From assembly GCA_015680685.1 (NCBI GenBank), contig MNCI01002198.1:124001-188000 (forward strand): a DNA stretch of 64,000 bases, read 5' to 3'. The DNA comes from Gnetum montanum (Eukaryota; Plantae; Gnetophyta). Both the position numbers and the translations under genes were made by a program. Under the pieces are notes generated by a model. That model saw only the letters and a list, made by a program, of their open reading frames with translations, made no database searches and was not told the origin of the DNA. Positions 1 through 13,893 of the stretch are shown piece by piece (within the stretch, counting starts at the first letter, position 1; the number at the start of each line of letters is the position of its first letter).

Positions 1-1430
1 TTGTTGGAGGATGCCTAGCAAAACCTTGCTTATTTTTCATACCAACTGAGTCATATGATTATTGCGCATTACATTGAGAGAATATGTTAGTGTCTACAAA
101 AGCTCTAAAAGAGCACATCCATGAGATTTAATATGGTTTTATGATTAGTATCCAACTTGATACTAATCCTCCTCTTTTCATATTCTAGTTGAAAATTTTA
201 CTTCTTATATCAATGTAACAATTTTTTTAAAATTCTCATAATATAAATTTACCACTTGACAAGTAAAAATTTATGATGTTTTATTCTAGTAATATTGATG
301 TAAATAAGATGCCCAATTTTATTCTTTCTTATGATGTATATGAGTCATTAATTATTAATTTGATATCATGATATGAGTTTATTCAAATTTTGGGTTATCT
401 ACCTCATAATTGAAGTTTTGTGTCTTAGTTAAATGATGTGATACACAAACATAATATTTAAGTCATTCATTCCAAGTACTATCCTCATTTTTATCTACTT
501 GTTAAGCTAGGAAATATTGAAGCAGTGCAAGGTAGTCTAGATATAGGATCATTTATATATAAGTATGTAGTGTTGATCATTTCTAAATGGACATAATATT
601 TTTATACGCCATTTGAAGAATATTTTAAAGTTGTACATTTTGTTAAGCTATTTAATATTTCATTAATTTTTTAGAGCTCTTAGCAATAAATTGCTAATAT
701 TCTAAATTCCATTAAGCATATGGAATCTGTTTGCACATCATTTAGTTCTCGTAGATGCTTTTTTGTTGAAATCATCTTGTTAACTATAAAAATTTATCAA
801 TATTACAACAAAGTGTGAATAATGACGTTCAACCAATTTCATATTACAATATTCCTAATTCATATAAAATTTCTCATCATGTATAATATAGGTTTAATGT
901 TTGCCATTTTCTACTTTAATAAAAGGATTTTGAGGAAAGGAAAAATGTGTTGAAATTAATGAGAAAAAAGGAAATAATATGAAGTTGAAGATATGAAAAA
1001 TGAAATTAATGTCAATAGTAAGAATGATCAAATGGAAATAAAGAAATTAGAGAGAATAAAAGTTTTTGTGAATATGTTTACTTGTATTATAGTAAGGATT
1101 AATTAGTTTAGATAAATATCTCGCAAGGTAATTTTTTGTTTATCTGACAAGAGTATTGCTAACTGAAATTAAAAATACTATTTATAAGCATGCTATAGCT
1201 AATGGTAAATATTCTTAATATTTTTTATTAGATCTTCTTTTCCTACAAAAGTTGGTAGTTTGATAAAGCTTTCTATTGCTACTTTGAGTCCTTTTACTAT
1301 TTTAAATTCAAATATAGATGTTGAAAGTGATGTAGATATTGTTAGGATTGGGATCATTCGTCCTACTAGTAATGAATTTTCCTCTCAATTTTTGAAAGCA
1401 TCAATTGTAAGGTTGTACACCTAAGTAGAT
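1..1430 (-). pseudogene. Highly decayed Ty3-like gag/protease remnant
   Basis: Minus-strand translation near 60-130 gives a HGCALL..TNI segment resembling a retropepsin ALLDxGxxxNI motif. Many stops are present. A possible LTR end (TGTTG on +) lies at about 1487. Confidence 0.3.
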
Positions 1431-1699
1431 ATTCTTAAAATTAATTTTATTTTTATGTTTATGTTATTTTGATATCTTCTACTTAGTGTTGAGCATGTGA
1501 TGTACTCTAAATGTGTTTTCCAATTATTAATACTATTTTTTGGATCTAAAACCGGTCCATTTAGAAAAGGAACTTCTATAAATCTTTGGTTGTACCTATG
1601 TTTGACTTATTTTGGGCTCCAACATCCTAAACCACTAGATAATGAATAATAATATTAAAAAATTTAGAGTACAAATGATCAATGAAGAGAAAATCTAAA

Positions 1700-3800
1700 A
1701 AAAAGTCTAATGATTTTGGTGAGGTCTTTTTAGGTTTTCATCCTTACAATCAATTGTGAAATCCTCCCCTTTGGAGTAGGAAAGAGATCAACCCTTGCCC
1801 TCATTTAGAAGTACTTTCATGGGGTTTCACTTCTTATCAAAGGATTTCATATAAAAGAAAAGAGAATACTCTTTCTAAAGGCAAAAAAAGATTTAATTAT
1901 AAAAAATAAACAAATAGTAATAGAAGTTGAAAGCTTTATTTCCTTAATTCCTCTCATTAAGAGAAGGGATGAGATGGAGTAGAGAGAATGAAAAATTCTA
2001 ATTATAGAACTTTTTTAACTTTCAAAACCTTTTCTAACCCACCCCCAATAAGCTTTTAAACTAATGTAAATTGTAAAATATACTTTTTTTTTTTTGCCTA
2101 CAATGCTTCTTAATTAGAAAAACTTGAAAGTGAAAAAAAAATGAATGTTAGGGAAAGGGAAAGAGAGATGTTATAACCTAAAAATATTTAACTATATTTA
2201 ACTTTATGACATATAGCCAACATAATATTTATTTAGTTAAAGCATGTGACATGTAGTTTATAGATCACAAGTTTAATTCCAAAGGATATGTTGATTTGAC
2301 ACACCATTATACTTTACTTAAGTTCTACAAAAGTACCATGTTGGCTATATGTCTTAAAGGAAAAAATTAATTCATTTATGTTTTGACATCTCATAAAGTT
2401 TTGGGCTTTAGTATCCTTCCCTTCCTCATATCCTTCCATAACCCCCACATCCTTTTTTATTTTAGGCAAAGTATTAAAATAAAAAAATTATTATAGGTAC
2501 ACCCCAAGACATATAAATTTTATGATATATGAGAGAAATTATAGAGAAATATGATGATAATTAATAATTTCTTACCTAACAAAATAATGAGCTAACCACT
2601 TGAGCCACACATCACTTATTTTTAGTTAAGTATCAATGTCTTGTTATTAGAAATAGCATGATTGTGTAGCTCCTAAATCATTCATCTTCAATTATGTTTG
2701 ATGTTATTTAGAGTAGGAAGTAGTGATTTTCTTTACTTTTATGTTGATGTCTTTACCTTGATATAATAGGTGTCATAAGTGTACTTTTTTGAAGAAAAAT
2801 GATCTTAGAAGATTAGGGTAAGAGCAAAAAACTAAAAAGAGAAAGAAGGAGATAAATGTCTTTATGAGAGACCCATGCTCAAAGAGGAAAAATTCTCTAA
2901 GAAAAAGTACAAATACAGGTAAATGTCTCCTATTTTAATTACCTTGGTTTTGTTGAAGCAAAGTAAATAGAAGCTCTTACCGTATTTCATTTTGTATGTT
3001 GACCAATTTTTTGAGTACTTGGTAAAGCTCTTCTAGGTTCATCCCTCTTCTTTCTTGCATTCTTGTAGCATTGATTTCACATCTTAAGGAGTTAATTGCA
3101 CTTTAATAAGTTATTCTCTTAAGTTCTCACATAATTTGTTGTATATTTTCTTATATGTCATGCATTCTCATATGTTTATTACAATTTCTCTTAAGTTTTA
3201 TGTTCTTGAAAAGCTCTAAAATTTGTAAGGCATTCACTTCCTATTTGTAGATTCATCTCATTTTTATTTTGATTAATACTCATTTCAAAGTGTTTCAGTA
3301 GCTTTCATGATAATTTAACATAAAAGCTCATCTGTCACTTTGGATGAGTTTGTGCCAAGTTTTTGTAGCTTGCATGTATCATTTCATTTTTAGTTTCCAA
3401 GTGCATTTGATGCTAATGAGGTCAAGTTTGAAGGGTTTATAAGGTTTTAACCAAGTCTGAGGAAAAATCCATGTTGCATGTATGTTTTCTAATATATTGA
3501 TGTTGCAACATCCTAAATTTGATCATTGTTGACCTTTAATTTTTTGAAGGCTTAATGATGCAAAGCTTTTAGCTTTTTTTGCTATTCATTATTTTTGACT
3601 TATGCTTTCATTTATCTTTAGGGAGAGTTTTCTCATTTTAGGTACAAGGAACCCATTAGGAAGAGGTGAAAACCTATGGGGATGCTTTTGAAGAAGGATA
3701 ATGCTTGATCCTTTTTCTACCCCAAAGGAGATGATTTTTTAGGATTGATTGTGGAAACTAGAAACTAAAAAATTTTATTACATCCATGAAATCACAAAGG
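1700..3800. repeat. Diverged inverted homology between about 1700-1890 and about 3600-3800 (two copies of one repeat, head to head)
   Basis: The reverse complement of 1741-1850 (..gaagtgaaaccccatg..ttgatctctttcctactccaaagggga..attgattgt) aligns with 3660-3755 (..gaggtgaaaacctatg..ttgatcctttttctaccccaaaggaga..attgattgt). Confidence 0.6.
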
Positions 3801-5514
3801 ATTTGTTGGATGGTTATAAAGCCTCAACATATTTTTGAAGAAAGTTAAAAACATTATTAATGTAATTCCCCAAGAAAATTAGGTCAATTTGAAAGAAAAA
3901 AAATAAATAGATTACAATTAATATTATAATTTATTTGAATGTAAACAAAAGTTGAGCAAAATAAAAAGATATGTTCTTTGTAAATTGATCCAACTTGTCT
4001 TAATAAGAAGAAGATGAGAACTCATTCTTGCTCATAGGAATAGCTAAAAATATATGCTTTTGAGTACTAGATAAAAAACCTTCTCAAATAGAATGAAAAT
4101 AAAAATATTTTTTCCTGGATGTGTTTAACCACACTTTTTCTAGGACATTTTCTTATATAGTCTTTCAAAAGAGTCTTTTATTTAGAGAAATATCCTCTAT
4201 TATAATATTTCATGACTAAAGCCATAATTTTCCTTAATGAAGTCAATCATTTTTCTTGTATAGCATTCATTATCTTCTTAGCATAATTAGCTTTCTCCAT
4301 GTGACTTAGCTTCCAAGGATAAGTAATAAATTAAGAAAGGGTTTGAACTTTAAGAGGAAGCAAATGTATAGACTTTAGGCTATTGAACATGGCCATGTTT
4401 AAAGATCATTTTTTATTACCATTTGTGGACCAGGTATTGGATACAATTGTAAGATATAATTACTATAGTTTTTTGGATGGGTATAGTGGCTATAACCAAA
4501 TCCAAATCATACCATAAGACTAGGCCAAGAAAACTTTCACAAGTTCCTGGGAAACTTTTGCATATAAAAAGATGTCTTTTGGCCTCTATAATGCTCATAT
4601 AGCTTTTCAATGCTTAGTCTTAAGCATCTTTTAGGAACAAATTGGTAGTGGTATGAAAGTCTTCATCGATGACTTCTCCATCTATGGTACTAACTTTGAA
4701 CAGGCATTGGATAATCTTAAGCAAGTACTAAAATGATATGTAGAGATAAATCGATGGCATAACTGGTAGAAGAGGCACTTAATGATTTGAGATGACATTA
4801 TCTGGAGGCATAGGATTTTAAGAAAAGAAATTGAGGTGGATCATAAAAAAGTAAGGGTCATTCAAGGAATAACTAGAAAACCTTAAACTATCAAAGATGT
4901 GAGGTCATTCCTTGGTCATGTAGGTTACTATAGATACTTCATAAAAAATTTCTCTCAAGTTTTCAAACTACTGGTAGAGCTCACCAACAAGGATGCAGTC
5001 ATTACATGGACCAAGGGATGTGAATAAGCATTCCAATACTTTAAGAAAAATCTTGTAGAAACTTCAACGCTATGCATCCCATATTAAGCCAAATCATTTC
5101 ACATCATGATAAACACATCCAACTATGCCTTGGGAGTAGTGCTTACATGAATGGATGATTAAAAATTTCCATATTATATCCATTGTGCAATTATACGCAT
5201 TATTAGTGCACATCTTAATTATGCCACCATGAAAAAAGAACTCATGGTAGTGGTATATGCTTAGAAAAATTCAAGTACTATGTGCTTGGATATCAATTTT
5301 TTGTGCATATAGATCACAATGTGATCTACTTCCTAATGAACAAGCTAGTGGTAAGTCTTTGTGTTATATGGTGGGTAGTGAACTTATAGGAATTTGATCT
5401 CACCATAATTGATAGAAAGAAATCAAGAATGAAGTTGTATATCATTTATCTTAGTTAAGATGGGATAGAAATAATGAGAAAGAACCTTTATTTGGTCAAT
5501 TTCTACATGATCTC

Positions 5515-6211
5515 TGATGAGTGGCGAGGTACCCCTACACTCAACCATACGAAACAAGCGTCGCACGCGCGATCCGGTCGAACTCCGCAGATGGACTAGT
5601 TGTGGCACCTAGATAGTTAGCCTTAGGTCGCAGTTCGCTGTCTTCCCATCTAGACTAGTTTTGCATATGTCACGTATGGTTTAGTCTAGATGAGGTGTAT
5701 GATGTGTTCTNNNNNNNNNNNNNNNNNNNNNNNNNNNNNNNNNNNNNNNNNNNNNNNNNNNNNNNNNNNNNNNNNNNNNNNNNNNNNNNNNNNNNNNNNN
5801 NNNNNNNNNNNNNNNNNNNNNNNNNNNNNNNNNNNNNNNNNNNNNNNNNNNNNNNNNNNNNNNNNNNNNNNNNNNNNNNNNNNNNNNNNNNNNNNNNNNN
5901 NNNNNNNNNNNNNNNNNNNNNNNNNNNNNNNNNNNNNNNNNNNNNNNNNNNNNNNNNNNNNNNNNNNNNNNNNNNNNNNNNNNNNNNNNNNNNNNNNNNN
6001 NNNNNNNNNNNNNNNNNNNNNNNNNNNNNNNNNNNNNNNNNNNNNNNNNNNNNNNNNNNNNNNNNACGCGATATCGCGGGGGATGCGATATCGCGGCCCA
6101 TGATACATCGCGACCCATGATACAACGCCACCCATGATACAACGCAACCCATGATACAACGTGGGTGCCTTAAGGCGACCGCCAGCACTATGAGCAATTC
6201 AGGTCTCATCA
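5515..6211 (-). mobile_element. Athila-family solo LTR (contains an N gap) with TSD ATCTC
   Basis: Termini TGATGAG...CTCATCA. ATCTC occurs at 5510-5514 and 6212-6216. The left end matches the LTR ends at 21748 and 61813. Confidence 0.85.
6097..6163 (+). repeat. About 17 bp tandem repeat (cccatgatacaacgcNa) x4 in LTR U3
   Basis: Four consecutive cccatgatac units, next to two CGATATCG palindromes. Confidence 0.8.
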
Positions 6212-9200
6212 ATCTCCTCTTTGCTAAGTTCACCAATGTTCATGCACTAAGGTTCACAAATTTTTATGATGAGTTTCTCTCATATTTACTCACATAAGAG
6301 ACTTCTATTGAATGGGATCATAGAAAGAAATAATAGTTTTTTCACTAGGTCAAACATTACATGGAGATTGAAGGAAATCTTTGCAACGTTTATGTAGATG
6401 GACTAGTACAATGGTGGGTACTTGACACAAATCAATTAAGAGTCCTCTAGGATACTCATGAAGGTCCTTGTAGGAGCCACTATGCAAGAAGTAGAATAGC
6501 CACAAAGATCCTCATGGTAAGATACCTTTAGTTAATAATTTTTAGGGATTCTCAACATTTCTCCCATTCATGCAAGAGTTATCGTTGAGGTGGAGGAATA
6601 GCCACTCAAATGGAAGAACCTTAATAATGNTGTTGAGGTGGAGGAATAGCCACTCAAATGGAAGAACCTTAATAATGAATTCAACCATTGGAATCTTTCA
6701 ACCTTTTTAGAATTAACTTCATGGAACCCATCACTCTCATTTTTATTGGGAAATTCTATATTATAGTTGTTGTTGACTACTATACCGAATCGGTTGAATC
6801 TACAGCTGTATCTGTTTGTACATCTATCACTACAGCCTAATTTTTCAACAATAGATGATAAATAGGTTTAGCATGCCCAGAGCACTAATTTTGGACAGTG
6901 GAACACATTTCACAGGTTCTACTTTTTTTAAGTTAATGCAACACTTAGAGGTACAATATAAACTCATAACATCTTATTACCCCAAAGCCAATGGTTAAGC
7001 AAAGGTTACCAATAGGGAAATCACAAGAATTCTAATGCAAACTATCATAGATATAGAAAATATTGGAGCACCAAGCTCAATGATACCCTTTGTGCATATT
7101 GCTCAACATGGAAACTTCCTATAGGCTACGATCTCTATGAGTTAGTGTATAGAAAGTTACCTAAACTTTTAATTCGAATTTAACTCTGTATACTCACAAC
7201 TGCTTGCAAACTTGATGTAGACATTAATCTAGTACAAATAGAAAAACTCATGATACTCAATGTGCTAGACAAAAATTGAAGAGTAGCATTGATGATGAAT
7301 GAAGTGCACAAGGCATACAATAAACAATGTCACAACACATGGATAAGAAAAGTTACATTCCAATGAGAAAACAAGGTTCTCTATTGGAATCCCATGCATA
7401 TCCTGCAATGAACTAAGTTTCAAACATTATGGGAAGGACCTTACATTTTACATTTAAGTTTTCCTTCTAGGACTATGGCAATTTACCATCTAAGAAGTCC
7501 TCAAAAGCACATGCTAGTTAACATCTAGTAACTTAAACTTTTCATGGATTCCCAAATAACCAACCATAACACTAATACCTCTAATCAAGAATAAGCACAC
7601 TCCATTTTCTAAATCTTCTCCTTTCAACTTAGTTGTGGGACAGATATCCACCTACTATAAAATCTTGATGAGGATAAAAAATTTTTCTTCTTTTTACTTT
7701 ACAATTTTCTTTATATTTTTTTCATTTTCTTAATATTTTATTGATTATTTTATATATTTTCCTTTTCTTTGTTATTCTCCTATTATTTTTTAATTATTTT
7801 CATTTAGTTTCATTTGAAATCTCAGATTTTGTTCCATTGCTACTGTGAATTTTTGAAAACTATTAAACATGACTATCAAAGTTCTGATTGATTAACAAAT
7901 GACTAATTTTGTTCTTGGAGTATGTTATGTACTAATAGTTTGTCAATTGTTTAGTGGTATTAGGTAGTGAGTTTGTGACATCCATCCATTCCAGCTATTC
8001 AATGTGGAATCTGTATCATTGGACCACGAAGGTTCTTTCACATTAAAACTAAAAGGTAACATGTGTTCTTGTTACCCAACAAACTAGGAAAGAACCAAGT
8101 GGGAATGGAAAAGGATATGACCTCAAAGGGATTTGTTGTATTTCTTTCTCAACTTCCTTCTTAAGTTGTATGATTCCTCATTGGTATATCATTACATCTA
8201 CTATTTGTCATAAAAGGAAGCATGTCTTTGCATGGTGTGGTTTCCATAAAAGAACAAACATAAAAACAAAGAAATAACAAAAATAATGGAAATTTAAAGC
8301 ACATCCTTTAGATAATTTCATGGGCTACAAGCATTGGTTATGGGGTTATAAAGGCATGTTACCCATGCCTGAAGGCAACTAAGGCCCTACCTACTTCTTT
8401 CTTCTCTTTTCTTCTTCTTTTAGAATGATGGTTGTCCTTTGTGTATAGCATAGGTTCTTGATGGTATAAGAGGAGGAACATGTCAATGCGAGGTTATTGT
8501 AATTGGAATGGACTTGGTCTAGAATTGAAATGAATTGGTATTGGAACTAAGGATCTTGTGTGACCAAATTGCAAATTATCCATCCATCATTCTCTATCTA
8601 TCATTTGCTTACTCTACATTCTATCACCTCATTATCTCATACCATGGTAAATTGATAGTTTTGTTTTATAGTTTGCATAATCCTAAGACAATTCCTTACA
8701 TGGGTATGAAATTTAACTTAAAAAAACCATTTATCATGCTAGGTGCCTATGGACTTCTTATGATGAAGATATGCAAGGACATATTTGGCATATGCCTGCT
8801 TTGGGAAGTACCCACTTGCATCTCTTTTGCTTTACCTTAAGTTCAATTTCCTAATCATAGGTTGATTGCAAACTTAATCATCTCGATAGCCTGAACCATC
8901 CAAGTTTTGTTCTATTTTGGCATTAGAATCATCCTCCAATAACTCATGCCACACATGTAAATTGCTTCCATTTTTTTGAACCATACCCTCGATTATGTTA
9001 TTGTTATGTTTCTCTAGCTTTTTGGCTTCCATTTGGCTCTTGTTTTAACCCCAAACTCATCCAAACTTTCTCAAAATGTTAAGTGAAAAATAGAACTACA
9101 AATAGCTACATCAATGCATCTCCATTAATGCAATGTAGAGAGTTGATGTAGCCCCATTGATGCATCCTCATTGACACGACATAAAAAGTCTATATATACA

Positions 9201-9599
9201 TGCAAAACTTAGATTATTTTTCACCATTTCTTCCAAATGCAAGAGGATTTTTTTCTATTTTTATCGCTCAAAAGTCTTGTAAGAGCCCTAACTTGTAATC
9301 CACTTACTCGATTTCACCTATTCTTAAATCCTCAAGCTATTGGAGATGCTTTATGTCATGGGAACATCAAATACTAAGTTTTTGTAAAATATTTTTTGGA
9401 AATTTTTGTAACTCACAATGAATAAGATATTAAAATAATATTAAATTAATGATCATGAGAGATAATATCAATAATTAATCTTAATTAGAACATAAATAAA
9501 ATAATATCCTTAGCCTAAAATTACTAAATAAGGACTTGATAATGAAATACCAACATCTAACTAATAAACATAACTTGATAAAAAAAAAGGGTGTCTAAT

Positions 9600-11550
9600 G
9601 GAAACAAATGTTGTGCATAAGAAGTAATCTTGGGTTATGTTTGTGATCACAAATGGTACCTAAGAGAGGATCGTAAAAAGAAGGACCATCATAGTCTAGG
9701 GAAAAATGACCATTAGGAGGAAGAGATCAATAATAATTGTAGCAATAACAACTTCAGAAGCAAGTAGTCGAGGCTACTCATGCTACCAAGCCCTATAGGA
9801 GGAGGTTGAAGTGGAATGCATTCAATAGATTCCTAGAGTAGAAATAGGGCAATCTAGGTAGGATGAAGACCCAAGGCCAATATGTAATGTAGAGGTCATA
9901 CTTATAGAACCCTTCATAGAGAACGTTTGGACTAAGAAGATTCAGAGCTCCATCCTACAAGAGTTAAACTTTAAATCATTCCTAGAGCTTGCACCATAAG
10001 AGGTTTGAACATAACTCCAAGGGTCTCCACTATGGTCCATTCTCTTCAACAGTGAGGAATGGTGCAAGGGGGAAACCTACCTCTTCTAGAATAATCAATA
10101 AGGAGATGCCATTGTTAAAATAAAGAACATCATAATCTTCTACTCAATTGAGGCCATTATAGAAGCTCTTGGATTACCCAACATTGGGGTAAAATTAATA
10201 GAGATATCTACGAAAGTAGATCTAGAGGCTAAAAAAGAGTGGATTCAATGATGCTATGGTGTGGACTACAATGAGTATGGTGTCCTCACCAAGGGGAAGC
10301 AAGCATATTTTAAGATTATGGCCTATTACCTCAATCCAACTGTGAGACCTAGCAAGCTCACAACCTTCTCCATCAGGGCATGTGCAGTTCTAAGCTGAAA
10401 ATTCCCAATCAACTTACTACAACGCATCTTTCTTGAAATTGAAAAATGTTTTAAGGAAAATGAGAAGGGTAGGAAGACACTCCCCTTCCTATACCTAATT
10501 AGAAAAATTTGCAAAAGGGAAGGTACAACGCATTACTCAAATAATGTAGTCCATGGAGCTCTTGCTACATCCTGGTAGGAGATGATGAAAGAGAATGCTC
10601 TAGCCAAGCATCAAGAAGAGGAGTAATCACTACCACCACCACTTGTAGTATTTGAGAAAACACCTAAATGTTGACAGCCTTAGAATAATTAATGAATCTT
10701 AGAAAGTAGCAACTGCAAGAATAACAAGCCTTTGGAGGTGGTGGAAAATCTTCAATTTACCATCTAGTCATAAGTCACCTGAACGAGGTCACAAGAATCA
10801 TCAACTAGCTAGATAGTGAAATGGAAATGTTGTTCTTAGCATGAAGGAATTGGACACATGTCTAGTTCAATCCTAGTGCCAGAGAAGTTACTATGTTTAT
10901 TTTAGTACAAGCATTTCCCAAAATTGCTAGGAATGCAGCAGCCTTTTCTATAATATTGGAAAAAGGTGAAGGAGCAATGGTCCTGGTCATGTTGCATAAA
11001 GAATAAGAGATAGCAGCAAAGTTGGTGGCAAACCATGTTGGTTAAGCTCTAAGTACTGCTACTACATTTGTCTTGGTTGTCACTACCATGACAGACATAC
11101 ATGCATTAGCAGGAGTAGGGAGTGGAAGAATGAACATTGCCTAACATGAAGAAGTGTTGGAATGAGTGGTTAGAGTTGAACAACCAATTTCATAGATATT
11201 TAATCTTCTAAAAGATATATTAGATACCTAGTCATAACTATTGGAGACAAGAAATAATCTATTGATTACCAATGCACAACTAGAGGGGATCACTACTAGT
11301 AATCAATGGTTGGCCATTGAGGTTGTAGAACTTAGAGCCTATCTTTTTAATCTTGTCAATACCAAGAGACCGAGAATACCAAGGAGATGGTAATCTTTGA
11401 GGCATTACTATTAGAAGAATTGGCTCATAAAATTGACCATGACCTTTCTTAGGTTTGTAAAGAAAATGTGGTGCTAACTTGTGAGAACCATCACCTACGA
11501 AATGTTGAGCAATAGAAAGATCAAATGATGGAGTATATTCATGAGTGGTG
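9600..11550 (+). pseudogene. Athila env-like / putative plant transposon protein remnant
   Basis: Lies between pol and the PPT. Translation near 10110-10195 gives IVKIKNIIIFYSIEAIIEALGLPNIGVK, typical of Athila ORF2, followed by E/K-rich coiled-coil-like sequence with many stops. Confidence 0.6.
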
Positions 11551-11552
11551 GG

Positions 11553-12782
11553 TGTGGATTGTTGAACTTAGAAGGGGGGGGGGGGGTAAAAATTCTTTAA
11601 CACAAAACACACACTAATTTTAACATGGTTCCCCAACTTGGTTGTCCACACTCGCAGGGTAGTTTGTAAGCACACTTGTGGACTTTATTACTCTCAAAAT
11701 GTGGTTGAAGGGTCCACACCCTATACAATCATCAAGCCTCACTATGGAGTGCTATGCCACAACACTAGCCACTCAACCTTGCAAGGTTCCATTAGGCTTG
11801 GAATGTGGTTTCTAGGCTTCCAAAATCTTTACACTCTTGAGCTTCACACTAGAGTGTTATACCGTGGCACCAACAACTCAATCCTGCAGGATCTCAACAA
11901 GCTCAAGTAAGATGCCTTCTTGCAAGAAGCACATCAACTCCGCAGGGAAACAAGAGAACAATAATTACAAGGAATGAATGTAACTAGGTTTTTTGATCCT
12001 TACACTTTGAGGTACATCACACTTTACAATGCCAAATGATAATATAATGAGGAGCAGTAGAGAATACAATGATTACAAAATGATAGTATAATGATTACAC
12101 ACAAGCTTGCACTTTTTTCAATGCATATGAGGTCCTCTTATAGCTGTCATGTTTCTAAATCCATCTTAATAGCTACCCAATGGTCATGGAAGACATCTTC
12201 TTCATGCCTGAGATGTCTTTTTGTATTTGCCTTCAATTCTGGAAAGATATCTTTGTTTGGGAAAGATGGCTTTCTAAAATATTTATTTTGGGAAGATGTC
12301 TTTGTTTAGTGTAAGATGTCTTTATGAAACTGGCCTATGTTCTAGGAAGATATCTTTTTCTAATATAAAATGTTTGCTATTTTGTAGAGACATCTTTGAC
12401 TGTGCTACCTACCAGAAAGATGTATTTGGTATGGGAAAGACGTCTCTTCTTTAGGGGCCAAAAATGAAACTACTTATTTTGATGCTGGGAGCCTTCAAAT
12501 GCCTCCAAACAAATCCCCATAGAACTTATAATCTTCTAGACTCATCAAAATGAGCTAGAAACACTCCAAAACATACTAAAATATCTAGGAATCATCCTCA
12601 ACAAAAATAGACATATTTTGCTTGAATTCTTCATATTTGTCCATTTTTGCTTGAGTCCTTGTGATCCCACATTTGCTTGTGAGTCCTTGAGTCCTTTTCT
12701 CTTGCTCCTATAAATAGAACAACCATACAAACATCCTTGTACTCCATTTTCCTTAACATTTTAATGTACCAAAGGATCAACA
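11553..12782 (-). mobile_element. Solo LTR, probably Ty1/copia (Sirevirus-like)
   Basis: TG...CA termini with a near-perfect TSD (GTGGG/GTAGG). On the minus strand there is a C-tract (cccc..cttctaag) near the LTR 3' end, a TATA at about 12137-12143, and an upstream palindrome array. Confidence 0.6.
12188..12450. repeat. Array of about 10 decayed AAGACGTCTT palindromes
   Basis: Variants aagacatctt, agatgtcttt, aagatatctt, aagatgtctt and aagacgtctc recur every 15-35 bp. Confidence 0.75.
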
Positions 12783-13880
12783 GTAGGAATAACTTGCCAA
12801 TGTAAACTTTGATCTAAGGATGTTAGATACAAAAAATAGAAATCTCTAGATGGAAGAGGTCTAAACACTTTACTAGAAGATTGTAATTGTGGTTGTCTCT
12901 TAGAAGAACAAAGTATTGAAATATGAATAAGTGAAAAATCACTACAAGGACCATGTTAAGATGCTTATAGAGGTTAATGGAAAGGAAATCAAGTTGGTCA
13001 AGGTAAAGGTGAATAAGGCCATCTAACAATTCCAATAGAGAAATGATGCATGGTAGCCCATCTCTGATGAACTCAACACCTATTATCAAGTAGAGATTTG
13101 CTTAAAAGTGTTATAAATCAAAGATATAACTAAATATATGTAGCTTACCAACCGCTGATATGCAAACTTGGCAATGCTGATAGTAGGGAGGCCTAAGATA
13201 GAATTAGAGAAGTAGGTGACCAACTCTTACCTTCTTTATAAGGAAAAGTTCAAGCTCCACAAGAAGACCAAACAAAAGTTGAAAGTGGCCAACACAAAGC
13301 TTGGTGTTCTCAATAGAATATTCACTAATCAAAGATTTGTTGCTGAGAACCCAACAAGGAGAATAAGTAACTACTAGGAGTTGCAAAACCTTGTCTATAC
13401 ATTTGACATTGAACATAAACAATTTGTAGCTTGTTTTATCAACATGAAGTAGATGTTCCCAATACTATCATGCTTGTAAAATATTTGAGCATAAGGACAT
13501 CTAGGTGAAGCAACCTAGATTGTTCATGACTCATGCAGTAAAGAAAAGAAGATGAAGGCATTCTTGAATGTCTTTTAGTTTTCAATAGCAATAGTAGGAT
13601 AGCTAAGACCTCTAGCCACACTAGGACATAATGAAGGATCTTCTACATCATAAGAGCCTTCACCTCTAGGCACACTGTGAAGACTTCATCCCATTTCCAT
13701 CCATCCCAATGGTACTTATCAATTTTGTTAAAGTATCCAATTTCATTATAGATTGCACAAATTTTTATAATCTGTACTATATGGCACTCAAGAGTTAGTT
13801 AGTCAGTTATTCACATACTTTCCTAAATTTTGTAAGAAATTCAATCCCATTTTTATTTAGCCAAGGAGAATTTTTTAATC

Positions 13881-13893
13881 AGTCATGGGGGTA
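13881..13893 (+). promoter_or_regulatory. Polypurine-tract-like motif of the Athila family
   Basis: agtcatgggggta directly precedes TGATG at 13894. The same motif abuts the LTR at 62558-62570 on the minus strand. Confidence 0.7.

Larger units (their letters stand above)
4360..7590 (+). pseudogene. pol: Athila-type pol remnant (RT, RNase H, integrase), interrupted by a solo LTR
   Basis: Motifs DFRxLN..KDHF, LDGYSGYNQI, MKVFIDDFSIYG, VRSFLGHVGYY, NYALGVVL, HEGPCRSHY, YIIVVVDYY, SYYPKANG and WEGPY are visible across stops and frameshifts. Confidence 0.9.

Noticed and set aside
5670-6236. Long ORFs spanning N runs (also 20625-21097)
   Set aside because: They are open only because N codons contain no stops.
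6584-6677. Apparent tandem duplications around single N bases (also about 38608-38705, 45525-45670 and 60040-60135)
   Set aside because: Near-identical sequence on both sides of a lone N is typical of unmerged contig overlaps, so these are assembly artefacts.
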